A stretch of 57,742 nt of DNA from IMG/VR virus record IMGVR_UViG_2616645027_000001; one strand, given 5' to 3'. Of this stretch, positions 7,612-17,586 are shown in pieces (within the stretch, counting starts at the first letter, position 1; each line of letters opens with the position of its first letter). The notes below the pieces were generated by a model. The model was not told the DNA's origin, ran no database searches, and worked only from the letters and a program-made list of their open reading frames with translations. A program made the translations under genes and the position numbers. The DNA comes from a virus.

Positions 7612-7887
7612 ATGAGTAAATTTGAGGAAATGTTTAACGAGCCATGCAGTTTTAGTAATGGTGAAATGCTATTGAGTGCTGTTAAATTTTCAAAAAGCGA
7701 AGCGGCTAAAATATTTTCCGAATACTTCGGGGAAGAAGTCGAAGAAAAATCCATAGGTTTTGATCGAGTAAGGTTCGGTTTCTTGCCCGAACATATTGAA
7801 GACAGAGGAATGATTGATAGCCCTAGCTGGTATAGCGGAGCTGGAAATGGTAAAGGCACAAAGCCGGTGTGGACGTGCTCAGATTAA
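7612..7887 (+). CDS. Hypothetical protein, 91 aa
   Basis: Track ORF with a GGAGGT SD. Confidence 0.5.
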   Translation: MSKFEEMFNEPCSFSNGEMLLSAVKFSKSEAAKIFSEYFGEEVEEKSIGFDRVRFGFLPEHIEDRGMIDSPSWYSGAGNGKGTKPVWTCSD

Positions 7888-7904
7888 CCCCCTAACCTAG
7901 AGAT

Positions 7905-8123
7905 ATGAATATTAACGATTTTTCAGATGAAGTGGAGTCGCTAGGTTTCACTTGGGATATTGGCTGGCGCGGCAGAGCTGATATTGAGGTGCGCATATGG
8001 AATTGGCCAAGTGTGATACATAGGCAGACCGTAAACAAGAGCAGCGACATTGATTGGGCTTGCGACATTGTTTTAAACAAGATTAGAGCGACCCAACCAA
8101 CTAACGTAGAGAGTGAGATATGA
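7905..8123 (+). CDS. Hypothetical protein, 72 aa
   Basis: Track ORF. Confidence 0.45.
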   Translation: MNINDFSDEVESLGFTWDIGWRGRADIEVRIWNWPSVIHRQTVNKSSDIDWACDIVLNKIRATQPTNVESEI

Positions 8124-8395
8124 ACAATTGGACATATAAAATACCCGAAGAATGCGACGAGTCTATCTATCAAGTACCGAAGCAAAGAAGAATACTTTCA
8201 GATGAATTGTTTGAATATAACCCCGATCAGCCTCAATATGCCGCTAGGTCTGCGGGGGAAAATGACTATCACAACCACGAAGGCTGGGACTCTGACTGGC
8301 CTAAAACATTTGAGCTGTTTTACAAAGGTGAGTCAAAGGGTTTATTCAGCGTAAACGCCGAGCCTGATATTCACATCAGTGCCACGAAAATCTAA
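8120..8395 (+). CDS. Hypothetical protein, 91 aa
   Basis: Track ORF with ATGA coupling. Confidence 0.5.
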   Translation: MNNWTYKIPEECDESIYQVPKQRRILSDELFEYNPDQPQYAARSAGENDYHNHEGWDSDWPKTFELFYKGESKGLFSVNAEPDIHISATKI

Positions 8396-8420
8396 ACCCA
8401 AAAAATAACGAGGTATAGCT

Positions 8421-8585
8421 ATGATAATTAATTTCGGAAAACATCAAGGCACAGACATAGAAGATTTGCCAGACAGTTACCTTCTTTGGCTAGCTGAAAA
8501 TTTGCAAGATGGGTTAATTCAATCTGAGGCAGAAAAGGAATACAACTTTAGGCAAGATAATAACACTATTGGAAATAACCCCTAG
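8421..8585 (+). CDS. DUF3820-like small protein, 54 aa (below track cutoff)
   Basis: GAGGT SD. FGKHQGTDIEDLPDSYLLWLAEN resembles the FGK.KG..i.e.P..Yl.Wl signature recalled from memory. Confidence 0.5.
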   Translation: MIINFGKHQGTDIEDLPDSYLLWLAENLQDGLIQSEAEKEYNFRQDNNTIGNNP

Positions 8586-8617
8586 CACTACTGTGCTGGA
8601 ACATAGGAGATATTAAA

Positions 8618-8950
8618 TTGAACAAGTCAGATATAGAGGATTTTTTCCGCATCGCATTTATTGCTGAAAAAGCAACCATTTTATCCGAGAAAGAAAAATC
8701 TAAATATAAAATTAGCTCTATTTTGGAAATAGAAACTAAAGACGGTCGCGGTACTTTCCATATTGCTAATGTTTTGGGTAGTGACATTAAACCCGATAAC
8801 CGTGTTGAGCGCATACGTGAGTTTGTTGAGACATATAGTCAGGGTGGGCCGTTCGCAACAATCGAAGGGGTTAATGCTTCTCGTCAGGTAGGCGAAGAAA
8901 TTTTACAATTCATAGACAAGCTGGAGAAAGAGAATGATAGACCAAATTAA
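8618..8950 (+). CDS. Hypothetical protein, 110 aa (TTG start)
   Basis: Track ORF. The TTG follows the same 15-nt SD context as gene 6905. Confidence 0.5.
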   Translation: MNKSDIEDFFRIAFIAEKATILSEKEKSKYKISSILEIETKDGRGTFHIANVLGSDIKPDNRVERIREFVETYSQGGPFATIEGVNASRQVGEEILQFIDKLEKENDRPN

Positions 8951-8997
8951 AACAGCTTTAGCCGATGGCGCTTGTGAGAGTGTTACTGAAATAAACT

Positions 8998-9234
8998 ATG
9001 AATAAAAACCCAAGTGTCAATAAAGTACAGATATTGGTCGAGGACCCCCACATCAGTCCCGAATTTAAGCGTTATAGAAAAGGGGATGTAGCAGAGGTAC
9101 TAGAGTACAAGTCGAGGTTAGCAGGTTCCCGGCAATGGAACTACAAACTAAGGGTTGCTGAAACTACCACTGATTCTGGCAGGGGGCTGTCGCGAATCAT
9201 CTATTTAAAAACAAAAGAGGTAAAGAAATTATGA
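8998..9234 (+). CDS. Hypothetical protein, 78 aa
   Basis: Track ORF. Confidence 0.5.
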   Translation: MNKNPSVNKVQILVEDPHISPEFKRYRKGDVAEVLEYKSRLAGSRQWNYKLRVAETTTDSGRGLSRIIYLKTKEVKKL

Positions 9235-9494
9235 GTTTAATACTTAGGGTTTTGGAGAGCGCGAGTGCTTTACCCAAAATGGAATTTATTTTGGACGCCG
9301 AAGATAGAGGACATTTTTTACCTCATGAGCTGAAAGGTGTGTCTAATACAGTAGGTGTCTTGGTGGAACAAGGGGACCCACTTGACATTGTTTCGATTTT
9401 GATTCTTATGTTAGATTTTATGCAAGACAATAATTTTTTGGCGACGGCTCATTGCTGTGCTATACTAAATGAGTTAGAAAAGCAGTACTATTAA
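9231..9494 (+). CDS. Hypothetical protein, 87 aa
   Basis: Track ORF with ATGA coupling. Confidence 0.5.
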   Translation: MSLILRVLESASALPKMEFILDAEDRGHFLPHELKGVSNTVGVLVEQGDPLDIVSILILMLDFMQDNNFLATAHCCAILNELEKQYY

Positions 9495-9514
9495 GACTAA
9501 TAAAAGGTAATATA

Positions 9515-9736
9515 ATGTCCTGTCCAAAAAGAAAAGAGAATGAAAGTTATGACGATTATCGTGCCCGTCGTAAGAAAGATGCTTTAGATACTAAGCGTGT
9601 ACTGCGTCCACGTCAGTTAGAAGAAGGTGTTTATATCGGTTCTCCTTCGCAGCACATAATAAACGGTATAAAGATTAACAAAGGAGTGCCTTATAGAAGG
9701 GGCCCCACCCACCCAAAAGTAGCGGAAGCTAAGTAG
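9515..9736 (+). CDS. Hypothetical basic protein, 73 aa
   Basis: Track ORF. Confidence 0.45.
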   Translation: MSCPKRKENESYDDYRARRKKDALDTKRVLRPRQLEEGVYIGSPSQHIINGIKINKGVPYRRGPTHPKVAEAK

Positions 9737-9737
9737 G

Positions 9738-11861
9738 GTGTTGTTTAAAGAATTCGACTCCTCGTTAGAAGCGGCGGAGTATTATATCGAACTAGGATGG
9801 CACCCGATAGCGGGCAGGCCCGGTGGTAAAATTCCAGCCAATAAAGACTGGAAGAAAACACCGTGGAAAGAGCAGGCGGAGTTGGGACGGTTCGGGGAAG
9901 GCCAAGCCAACAACATAGGTCTTTTATTGGGTAAGACTTGTGTTGATATTGACTTGGACTCCCCGAACGCTCGGCGCTATGCTCCTAAGCTCTTACCTAA
10001 AACACTTCAATTAGTAAAAGATGGTGTTACCACCCACTACTTATATAACATACCAACAGGCCATGAACCAATCCAAACCAAACAGTTTACGCTCCCGTCT
10101 AACAAGATGTCGTGCGAAATGCGCGGAACAGACGGATCAGGACACTCTCAGTACACAATGGTTGCGCCTTCACTGCACCCTTCTGGAGCTAAAGTGGAGC
10201 TTGTGGGTGACGTGCCCGACACTATTCAATCTGGTGAATGGCTCTATCGCCAAGTACGTTTGGTTGCGACATGTGATTTTATCACCCCTTATTGGTCAGA
10301 TGGCAGTCGTCACAACCTTGCACTCGGACTCGCTGGGTTCCTTGCCAAGAATCAATATGATCAGGAAACGATACTGGATGTTATTACCGCAATCGGAGAG
10401 ATCACAGGCGATACAGAGGACCGAAGTGCTCAAGTTAAGGCTACAATTAGAAAGCTTGATGGGGGAGGACGTGTGGCGGGAGAACAAACTCTTAGACAAC
10501 ATCTTCCAGCCGACGCTTTCGAAGCACTCAAGCGATGGTATTCAGATCAAGTAACCCGATTAGAAGATTATGTAATTGATGAAATAAACCTGCTACCTGT
10601 CGAACAGCGTCTGCCCTACCTAACCTATGTTATTGACGCGGATTGCTTTACAACAGATGGGCAGCACCTTAAGGCGAATCAGATACCTTTGATTTTCGGG
10701 CAGCATTTTCCTCAGAAAGAAATCAAGGCCCGGATGCTGGCGTGTAATAACGTGCGGAGCTTTGGTTACTTTCCTAACAAGGAACTGATCGTTAACTACG
10801 GAGTTGAGAAATACTGGAATAACTGGACACCCACAACACTTGTCCCTAAACAGGGTAATGTTGATCCGTTTTTAAAACATGTGAGTAGTTTGTGTGACGG
10901 CGAAGAACCTTCTATTAATTATTTATTAGGCATGATGGCACACGCTATACAAAAACCGGAACAAAAAGTTCGGCACATGCCTATTCTAATTGGTGGTCAG
11001 GGGTCGGGCAAAACGACGCTGTGTGATATATTGGGGAGATTGGTGGGGAACCACAATTATGCGTCTATCCCGGCCTCTGACATGCTAGGTAATTGGACAG
11101 GTATGTTAGAAAACAAACTTGTAGTGGCTATTGAAGAAATGCGTATCAGTCATTCCTCACAAACCAAAGCATTGGCTAACGCACTCAAAGATAAGGTGAC
11201 TAACGACAAGGTGACGGTTAAGAAGCGATACATCAATGAGTATCAGATTGATAACGTGACACGTTTCATTGGCCTGTCTAATCATCTAGTGCCTATCGAA
11301 ATAGAGCCCTCGGACAGACGCTATTATGTTATTGTATCTGCTACCGCGATTAAAAACTCCGGCGTGACCGTACACGACGCACGCAAAGATTGGATTGAGG
11401 GGTACCACGATTGGTTATACTTTGGTGGCGGACTTGAAAACATACTTGCGTATCTATTAGAGTACGACATTAGTAAATTTACTACTGACCAAGCACCTGT
11501 TCAGTCTGATCGACAAGCTAAGTTTAAAGCGGCCATTCAGGAAACCACTACAGCACCTGATCGCGCTGAAGAAACACAAGAGGCTTTTCAGCATCTTGCA
11601 ACCACCCACCCAATATGTGAGGTTTCTGCAATTAGGCGTCACATGGTTGAGTCACAGGGTATTAGTGGAATATCTAATAGGGCTATCAACACTGCCTTAG
11701 ATCATTATGGTGTGCGGCGGTTCGCTATCAACAAGAATCAAGCAGGTAAGCCCACCAAGCGTTACAGCTTGTGTGTGTTGTCCGATGATGAAATTTACCG
11801 TGATATGACGGAACGCCAGTTGCTTGAAGTGTACACTAAACATGTAACACCGGAGTTTTAA
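9738..11861 (+). CDS. Bifunctional primase-polymerase (Prim-Pol N-terminus) fused to SF3/D5-P4-type helicase, 707 aa
   Basis: The N-terminus YYIELGWHPIAGRPGGKIPANKDWKK is Prim-Pol-like. Walker A is GGQGSGKTT, Walker B-like is LVVAIEEM. GTG start. Confidence 0.85.
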   Translation: MLFKEFDSSLEAAEYYIELGWHPIAGRPGGKIPANKDWKKTPWKEQAELGRFGEGQANNIGLLLGKTCVDIDLDSPNARRYAPKLLPKTLQLVKDGVTTHYLYNIPTGHEPIQTKQFTLPSNKMSCEMRGTDGSGHSQYTMVAPSLHPSGAKVELVGDVPDTIQSGEWLYRQVRLVATCDFITPYWSDGSRHNLALGLAGFLAKNQYDQETILDVITAIGEITGDTEDRSAQVKATIRKLDGGGRVAGEQTLRQHLPADAFEALKRWYSDQVTRLEDYVIDEINLLPVEQRLPYLTYVIDADCFTTDGQHLKANQIPLIFGQHFPQKEIKARMLACNNVRSFGYFPNKELIVNYGVEKYWNNWTPTTLVPKQGNVDPFLKHVSSLCDGEEPSINYLLGMMAHAIQKPEQKVRHMPILIGGQGSGKTTLCDILGRLVGNHNYASIPASDMLGNWTGMLENKLVVAIEEMRISHSSQTKALANALKDKVTNDKVTVKKRYINEYQIDNVTRFIGLSNHLVPIEIEPSDRRYYVIVSATAIKNSGVTVHDARKDWIEGYHDWLYFGGGLENILAYLLEYDISKFTTDQAPVQSDRQAKFKAAIQETTTAPDRAEETQEAFQHLATTHPICEVSAIRRHMVESQGISGISNRAINTALDHYGVRRFAINKNQAGKPTKRYSLCVLSDDEIYRDMTERQLLEVYTKHVTPEF

Positions 11862-11865
11862 ACTG

Positions 11866-11874
11866 TGGTATAAT
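11866..11874 (+). promoter_or_regulatory. Extended -10 element TGgTATAAT (candidate internal promoter)
   Basis: Read directly in the 49-nt gap before 11911. There is no good -35. Confidence 0.3.
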
Positions 11875-11910
11875 GTTAGTATACTAAATCCGTACATATG
11901 GTGGTAAAAT

Positions 11911-12147
11911 ATGACAAAGAAAGTTCAAAAAAGAATTCGACAATTAGTTACGAAAGATAAAGAGAGTGAGAGTATTGCGTGGGATAAGGGGACACCTGAG
12001 TATGAAGTGCTGTGCGAGGCCAAACATTTTTATGTACGTAATCTAAAAACATGGTGTGATTTTTATGAGGTCAGTTATCAGATGCTGCTACGCAATTTAC
12101 GTGATGGTGATGGTAAGTATAAAGGCGTAGAAGTAGTTAAGTTATGA
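11911..12147 (+). CDS. Hypothetical protein, 78 aa
   Basis: Track ORF with a GGTGGT SD. Confidence 0.5.
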   Translation: MTKKVQKRIRQLVTKDKESESIAWDKGTPEYEVLCEAKHFYVRNLKTWCDFYEVSYQMLLRNLRDGDGKYKGVEVVKL

Positions 12148-12154
12148 TAGCCTA

Positions 12155-13606
12155 ATGACAGAACTTAAATTAAAAACCACTCCGATGGAGCACCAGCAAT
12201 GGAGCTACGACCATTTCAAAGGTAAGAAGTACTTCGGTCTATTCTGGGACCAAGGTACGGGTAAGACCAAAGCACTGCTTGATCACGCTTCTTACGCTTA
12301 CCACAAAGGGGCTATAGACTGCTTGATCGTGATTGCTCCGAACGGAGTACATGCTAACTGGGTAATAGAAGAGATACCTAAGCACGCCTCTGTTAACCAT
12401 ATCGCGATAACCTATTACAATGGTAAAGGTAAAAAGTGGGTGCGTGAGTTCGAAGAGATCGCTGATAAAGATAACCATCGGGATAAGTTAAAGATCATTT
12501 GTTTTCCCACCGAGGGCTTTTCTCGTGCTGTTAAGCAAATAGCGTACCTTGATTATCTACTTAAAACACATCAGTGTATGGGCGTAATCGATGAGGCTGA
12601 CGACTTTTCCAACCCCACTGCGAAGCGCACCAAGTATATGTTAAAGAAGGCATCGGAGTTTGTCGTGCGCCGTATTGCGACGGGTACTCCTATCGACAGT
12701 AAGCCTTTGGCGGCGTGGTCACAGTTGCAGTTCTTGAGTCCGTCAATACTCAAGCAAGATTATTATAGCTTTCGTGCGCGGTATTCGATCATGAAAGATA
12801 AGGTTGTTAAGGTGGGGGCCAAAGAGGTAGTCCAGAAGTTCCCGGTTGGTCATCGAAATCTGGACAAATTAGGGGAGATCATAAAGCAGCACACCGACAG
12901 AGTGTTGAAAGAAGACTGTATTGATCTGCCCGACAAGGTGTACCAAACTGTTCCACTTGAAATGGGACGGGACCAAACGCGGTACTACAATGATATGCTT
13001 GATCGAGCATTCTATGTACTAGAAGATAGTGATGATCTAGTGTACGCTAAGAACGCTCTCGACATGATGGGCAAACTGGCACGTATTACGGGGGGTTTCT
13101 CTGAGCAGGGGGTGCCTACTAAAGAGAACCCTAAACTTAAGTGGCTTGAAACCAACATAGATAAGTACACGGCTACCACTGATGTTATTATCTGGTGCCG
13201 ATACAGAGATGAAATAGATGCGGTAGTTAAAGCTATCGGTGAAGAAAGGTGTGCTGTTATACATGGTGGGGTGGTAGGTGAGGATCGAGAGAAAGAGATT
13301 TTTAGGTTTAAAGAAGATGAGAACTGTAATGTTTTGGTTACTAACAAATGTATGTCTCGCGGGCACACACTTGTCAACGCAACGTACAACATCTACTACA
13401 GCAACAGCTACTCACTTAGAGACCGAAGACAATCGGAAGATCGAACGCACCGTAAAGGTCAAGAGGCCACCTGTTTTTATCTAGACCTAGTGTGCATCGA
13501 TACAATCGATGAAGCCGTGCTACAGGCTCTTAAAGAAAAAAAAGATGTTAGTGATTTAGTACTTGGTGACCCTAAGAAAGCTTGGGTTGAAATGGTTAAA
13601 AAATAA
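12155..13606 (+). CDS. SNF2/DEAD-box-like (SF2) helicase, 483 aa
   Basis: Contains DQGTGKT (Walker A), VIDEADDF (DEAD box) and the C-terminal motif QSEDRTHRKGQ (helicase motif VI). Confidence 0.85.
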   Translation: MTELKLKTTPMEHQQWSYDHFKGKKYFGLFWDQGTGKTKALLDHASYAYHKGAIDCLIVIAPNGVHANWVIEEIPKHASVNHIAITYYNGKGKKWVREFEEIADKDNHRDKLKIICFPTEGFSRAVKQIAYLDYLLKTHQCMGVIDEADDFSNPTAKRTKYMLKKASEFVVRRIATGTPIDSKPLAAWSQLQFLSPSILKQDYYSFRARYSIMKDKVVKVGAKEVVQKFPVGHRNLDKLGEIIKQHTDRVLKEDCIDLPDKVYQTVPLEMGRDQTRYYNDMLDRAFYVLEDSDDLVYAKNALDMMGKLARITGGFSEQGVPTKENPKLKWLETNIDKYTATTDVIIWCRYRDEIDAVVKAIGEERCAVIHGGVVGEDREKEIFRFKEDENCNVLVTNKCMSRGHTLVNATYNIYYSNSYSLRDRRQSEDRTHRKGQEATCFYLDLVCIDTIDEAVLQALKEKKDVSDLVLGDPKKAWVEMVKK

Positions 13607-13618
13607 GAGAAGATTAGT

Positions 13619-14185
13619 ATGAGCGAAAAAAGTATATTAGATATGATGGAGGAGGACGTAGAGACTAGAGCTATGGACCTTCCGAGCTCCGACAAGGTAA
13701 CTGACCTGTCGGATTTAGTTGCACGACTGGACTACGCCGTACGCCAGCTAGGCGACCTAGAAGAGCAGGTTAAGTCGCAAAAGAAAGTGATCAAGAAGCT
13801 TTCGGAGCAAGACATACCTGATCTCTTCAAAGAGATGGGCAACATTAGGGCGTTCGAACTTGATGACGGGCGCAAGGTCAGTGTGTCAGAAGACTTTTCT
13901 ATTAGCGTGCGTAAAGCTGAGCAAGAAGAGTGTTTTAGTTGGCTCCGACTACACGGTAAAGAAGAGATTATTAAGCGTAAGCTTGCTGTCCAGTTTGATC
14001 GCGGAGAAGCCGCCGAGGCGCAGGCAGCAGCAACTTTACTGCTGGACAATGATTTGTCATTTAGTGATACTGAGTCAGTACATCCTCAGACACTGAAGGC
14101 ATCTATGAGGGGGATGATCGAAGAGGGGCTTACGCCACCGGACTCGTTCTCTTACTACCCCTACCAAAAAACTGTAATTAAATAA
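13619..14185 (+). CDS. Coiled-coil protein of the replication/recombination module, function unknown
   Basis: Track ORF placed between the helicase and polymerase genes. Confidence 0.55.
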   Translation: MSEKSILDMMEEDVETRAMDLPSSDKVTDLSDLVARLDYAVRQLGDLEEQVKSQKKVIKKLSEQDIPDLFKEMGNIRAFELDDGRKVSVSEDFSISVRKAEQEECFSWLRLHGKEEIIKRKLAVQFDRGEAAEAQAAATLLLDNDLSFSDTESVHPQTLKASMRGMIEEGLTPPDSFSYYPYQKTVIK

Positions 14186-14203
14186 AACTAGGATACCTTT
14201 ATA

Positions 14204-14968
14204 ATGAGTAAAAAAGAATTAGCAGAAAAACAAAACACTGAAGTTGCAGTGTTAGACTACGAAGCGTTGGCGGGAGAAGGTAATAACTTCGACCAAGACG
14301 ACTTAACGACACCGTTTCTAAAGTTGTTAGGTAAGTTGTCACCTGAATTAGATACGGTTGAAGGTGCTAAGAACGGCGCGTTCTACAACACAGGAACCCG
14401 TCAAGTTTTTGAGCAACCTGTGGTTGTAATTCCCGTAGCGTACGAGCGTCAGTTCCTTGAATGGGTGCCTCGTGATGCAGGCGGCGGTTTCAGGGGAGCC
14501 GTTGACAAGGACTACGCTTTGTCGCTAGAGCAGAACGAGAAGGGACAGTACCTGCACCCTAACGGTAACCTTGTGATTGATACACGATTACATTATGTGT
14601 TACAGGTGGTTGACGGCGACTTAGTGCCGTGTATTATCTCTCTGAAATCCACAGCTATTAAACGCTCTAAAAACTTTAACGCATTGATCTCCAACTTACG
14701 TTTACCGGGTAAAAACGGTAAGTTCAACCCACCTTGTTACAGCCATACATACATCGTATCAACGACGGATGAGCAAAAGGGGGAGGACAAGTGGAAGTTG
14801 CCGCAGTTTGAAATCGGTGCGCTGGTTGAGGACCCAGAAGTTTTTACCGCAGCTAAAGAGTTTCATGACATCGTTGTTGCGGGGGGTGCCAAGGTTGATT
14901 ATGCTCAGACCGAGGATAACGAGAAAACGGCACCAGATAACTATAAGGACGAACCAAACGAGTTCTAA
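14204..14968 (+). CDS. Replication-module protein, function unknown, 254 aa
   Basis: Track ORF. I could not assign a diagnostic motif. Confidence 0.55.
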   Translation: MSKKELAEKQNTEVAVLDYEALAGEGNNFDQDDLTTPFLKLLGKLSPELDTVEGAKNGAFYNTGTRQVFEQPVVVIPVAYERQFLEWVPRDAGGGFRGAVDKDYALSLEQNEKGQYLHPNGNLVIDTRLHYVLQVVDGDLVPCIISLKSTAIKRSKNFNALISNLRLPGKNGKFNPPCYSHTYIVSTTDEQKGEDKWKLPQFEIGALVEDPEVFTAAKEFHDIVVAGGAKVDYAQTEDNEKTAPDNYKDEPNEF

Positions 14969-14998
14969 CTTAGACCAAGGGTTCTCCATACCTAAAGT

Positions 14999-15030
14999 CG
15001 TCCTCCATGCAGGGAGGGCGCATTTATTTT
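14999..15030 (+). terminator. Intrinsic terminator/attenuator candidate before the polymerase gene
   Basis: Stem CGTCCTCC / GGAGGGCG (8 bp, including one G-U), 6-nt loop, then CATTTATTTT. Confidence 0.4.
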
Positions 15031-15053
15031 AACGGTCAATTGCGGATACCTTC

Positions 15054-16955
15054 ATGATATTTAAACAAGGCGTGGGCACAGAGCTGTCCACACAAGAAAC
15101 GCTTCCCGATCTACACGGGGCTACCAGATTGTGTGTTGACATAGAGACCTACGATCCTAATTTAAAAAAGACGGGACCTAGTGTACGAACAGGAGGATAT
15201 GTTGCGGGGCTGGGCGTGGGTGCGGAGTTCGAATCTGGTGAGGTGGTGGGGTACTATATCCCTGTAGAACATGAAGGCTATGAGGATGAATGCGAGAACA
15301 AAGAACAGGTAATGGGGTGGCTACAGGACCTGCTCGACAATCCCAACAGAGAAGTGTTGTTTGCAAATGCTTTATATGATCTTGATTACCTGTCTCACCA
15401 ACATCAGGTAAAGGTTCTGGGAAAGATCATTGATGTTCAAGTTGCAGAGCCCTTAATAGATGAGAACGCTAAGTCTTACGCGTTAGGTTCTTTGGCCGAC
15501 AGGTATCTAGGAGAGTCTAAAGTAGATGATGATCTTTATGAATACTGTGCTTCCCAGTTTGGCGGAAGAGCAACAAGAACACAGGCCGGTAACATTTATA
15601 GATGCCCCCCTCACATAGTAGCCAAGTATGGTATCGGTGATGTAACGCTGCCTATCAGAATCTGGGAACGACAACGCGACGAATTATCTAAGCAAGGGTT
15701 ATGGGACGTATTTGATCTAGAGACCGCACTGGTTCCTATGCTTTTGGATATGAAAGCGCGAGGTGTTAGGGTTAACATGGCTAAAGTGGATCAGGTTCAG
15801 TCCCGCGCGGCCCAACGCATGATATCCCTACAGAAAGAGATAGACGAGATGGCGGGAATGCCGATAGCTGTGTATGAGTCCAGCTGTCTTGAAGAAGCGT
15901 ACTTAAAGTTGCACTTGCCCTATGCTCGTACCGAAGCGGGTAATCCGTCTTTTACCGCGGCCGTATTAGAAAATTCTGAGTTTGGCTCTAAAGTTAACGA
16001 GCTTAAGAAAGCAACCAAGATGCATGACGTATTTCTTGATCGCTACATTAATAACTATGTGGTGCGTGATCGGATACACCCGGCTTTTAACCAGCTACGT
16101 GGTGACGAATATGGTACGGTCACAGGACGCTTCTCCAGTAGTTTGCCAAACCTGCAGAACATACCAAACGATAAGCTGATGCGGTCTCTGTACGTGCCCG
16201 AGGATGGCGAAGACTGGTACAAGTTAGATTACTCTTCTGTAGAGTACCGCCTAGCCTTGCACTATGCTAAGGGACCTGCTGCCGATGCGCTAAGAGCGAA
16301 CTACGATGAAGATATCAATTTTGATGCCCATCAATTGACGGCTAACGATATTGGCATAACCCGTAAGCAGGCTAAGACTATTAACTTTGGCCTGATCTAT
16401 GGTATGGGAGTAGGTAAACTTTCAGCATCACTGGGGGTCAATTTAGCTGACGGGAAACAAATTCTGAATCGCTTCCACGACAACGTACCGTTCATGAAAG
16501 AGCTGTTGAATATGGCGATGCGTCGAGCCGAGGAGAAGGGGTTTGTACACACCTTGGCCGGGCGGCGCAGACGGTTCGATCTTTATGAGCCAAGAAAATG
16601 GCAGAAGGGTAAGTTCGCTAAGCCCCATGCTGAAGCGCTACATGAGTACGGCCCTAGCATCAAGCGTGCTTTCACATACAAAGCACTCAATGCCGTTATT
16701 CAGGGGTCCGCCGCTGATGTCATGAAGAAAGCGATGGTTGATATCTATCAATCAGGTGTTTGTGACGTGGTGGGAGTGCCCATGTTAACAGTTCACGATG
16801 AATTAGACTTCAGCGCGAACCAAAGTAACGAACATATCGAAGCGATGCGCGAGGTAAAACATCTTATGGAAACAGCTTTTACAACAAGAGTGCCTTTAAT
16901 TGTGGACGCCGAACGTGGTCCAAGTTGGGGAGAAATTGAGGAGATTAGTTTATGA
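15054..16955 (+). CDS. Family A DNA polymerase with 3'-5' exonuclease domain, 633 aa
   Basis: Exo motifs are DIET, NALYDLDYL and YGIGDV. Pol motif A is DYSSVEYRLA, motif B RKQAKTINFGLIYGMG, motif C TVHDEL. Confidence 0.9.
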   Translation: MIFKQGVGTELSTQETLPDLHGATRLCVDIETYDPNLKKTGPSVRTGGYVAGLGVGAEFESGEVVGYYIPVEHEGYEDECENKEQVMGWLQDLLDNPNREVLFANALYDLDYLSHQHQVKVLGKIIDVQVAEPLIDENAKSYALGSLADRYLGESKVDDDLYEYCASQFGGRATRTQAGNIYRCPPHIVAKYGIGDVTLPIRIWERQRDELSKQGLWDVFDLETALVPMLLDMKARGVRVNMAKVDQVQSRAAQRMISLQKEIDEMAGMPIAVYESSCLEEAYLKLHLPYARTEAGNPSFTAAVLENSEFGSKVNELKKATKMHDVFLDRYINNYVVRDRIHPAFNQLRGDEYGTVTGRFSSSLPNLQNIPNDKLMRSLYVPEDGEDWYKLDYSSVEYRLALHYAKGPAADALRANYDEDINFDAHQLTANDIGITRKQAKTINFGLIYGMGVGKLSASLGVNLADGKQILNRFHDNVPFMKELLNMAMRRAEEKGFVHTLAGRRRRFDLYEPRKWQKGKFAKPHAEALHEYGPSIKRAFTYKALNAVIQGSAADVMKKAMVDIYQSGVCDVVGVPMLTVHDELDFSANQSNEHIEAMREVKHLMETAFTTRVPLIVDAERGPSWGEIEEISL

Positions 16956-17389
16956 GCGAAGCTAAATTCAAAAAGCAAGTACACAAAGCCTTTGAAAAGT
17001 ACGCTAAAGATAACTACTTACCTTTGCACTGGCAGTTACATGAAGACTCTCTTAGTGTGGGTATTCCTGATATAAGCTTTGGGCTAGGAGGGATAAATGG
17101 CTGGATAGAGGCTAAATGGGATAAGAAAATGCCCCGTGTAAACACAATTTATAACCCTCACTTTCAGCCCTACCAAGAGGCTTGGTTAGTGGCGCGAGGC
17201 GCGGCGGGAGGGAACTGTTACTTGTTACATGGGTTTGAAGATGGGTTTATGTTGTTTAATCACAAAGGACTTATGGGCCGCCGACCTAATACCCCCGCTG
17301 GTGTATTTCATGAAAGTGTAGGGGAAGGGGTCTTCTGTGCTGCAAGACAGTTCTCTTCTGAGAATGTTAACAAAATCTTTAATCTTTAA
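16952..17389 (+). CDS. VRR-NUC-like PD-(D/E)xK nuclease, 145 aa
   Basis: GIPDISFGLGGINGWIEAKW fits the G.PD...E.K core. ATGA coupling to the polymerase gene. Confidence 0.5.
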   Translation: MSEAKFKKQVHKAFEKYAKDNYLPLHWQLHEDSLSVGIPDISFGLGGINGWIEAKWDKKMPRVNTIYNPHFQPYQEAWLVARGAAGGNCYLLHGFEDGFMLFNHKGLMGRRPNTPAGVFHESVGEGVFCAARQFSSENVNKIFNL

Positions 17390-17484
17390 CATAACTTAGA
17401 TTCATGTTCACCATACCAACATGTCATTAGCCAAGGAAGGCGCGTTACCATAGAATACTGCTTCACTTAATTAGGAGAGCAGAT

Positions 17485-17571
17485 ATGGAACAAAGAATAG
17501 AAACAATCCTCACAAACACATTAATCGTAACATTTTTGGTGTTGCCTTTCGTGGCGCTACTAGGGCTTTAA
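17485..17571 (+). CDS. Hydrophobic peptide, 28 aa (below track cutoff)
   Basis: AGGAG lies 7 nt upstream. Sequence is MEQRIETILTNTLIVTFLVLPFVALLGL. Confidence 0.3.
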   Translation: MEQRIETILTNTLIVTFLVLPFVALLGL

Positions 17572-17586
17572 TACCCTAGTAGTTTT
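17558..17586 (+). terminator. Intrinsic terminator ending the plus-strand arm
   Basis: Stem TACTAGGG / CCCTAGTA (8 bp), 8-nt loop, then GTTTT. It sits at the convergence with the late operon. Confidence 0.45.

Noticed and set aside
10021-10554. 177-aa ORF inside the primase-helicase gene in another frame
   Set aside because: It is fully embedded in a gene that has clear motifs, and it carries no signals of its own.
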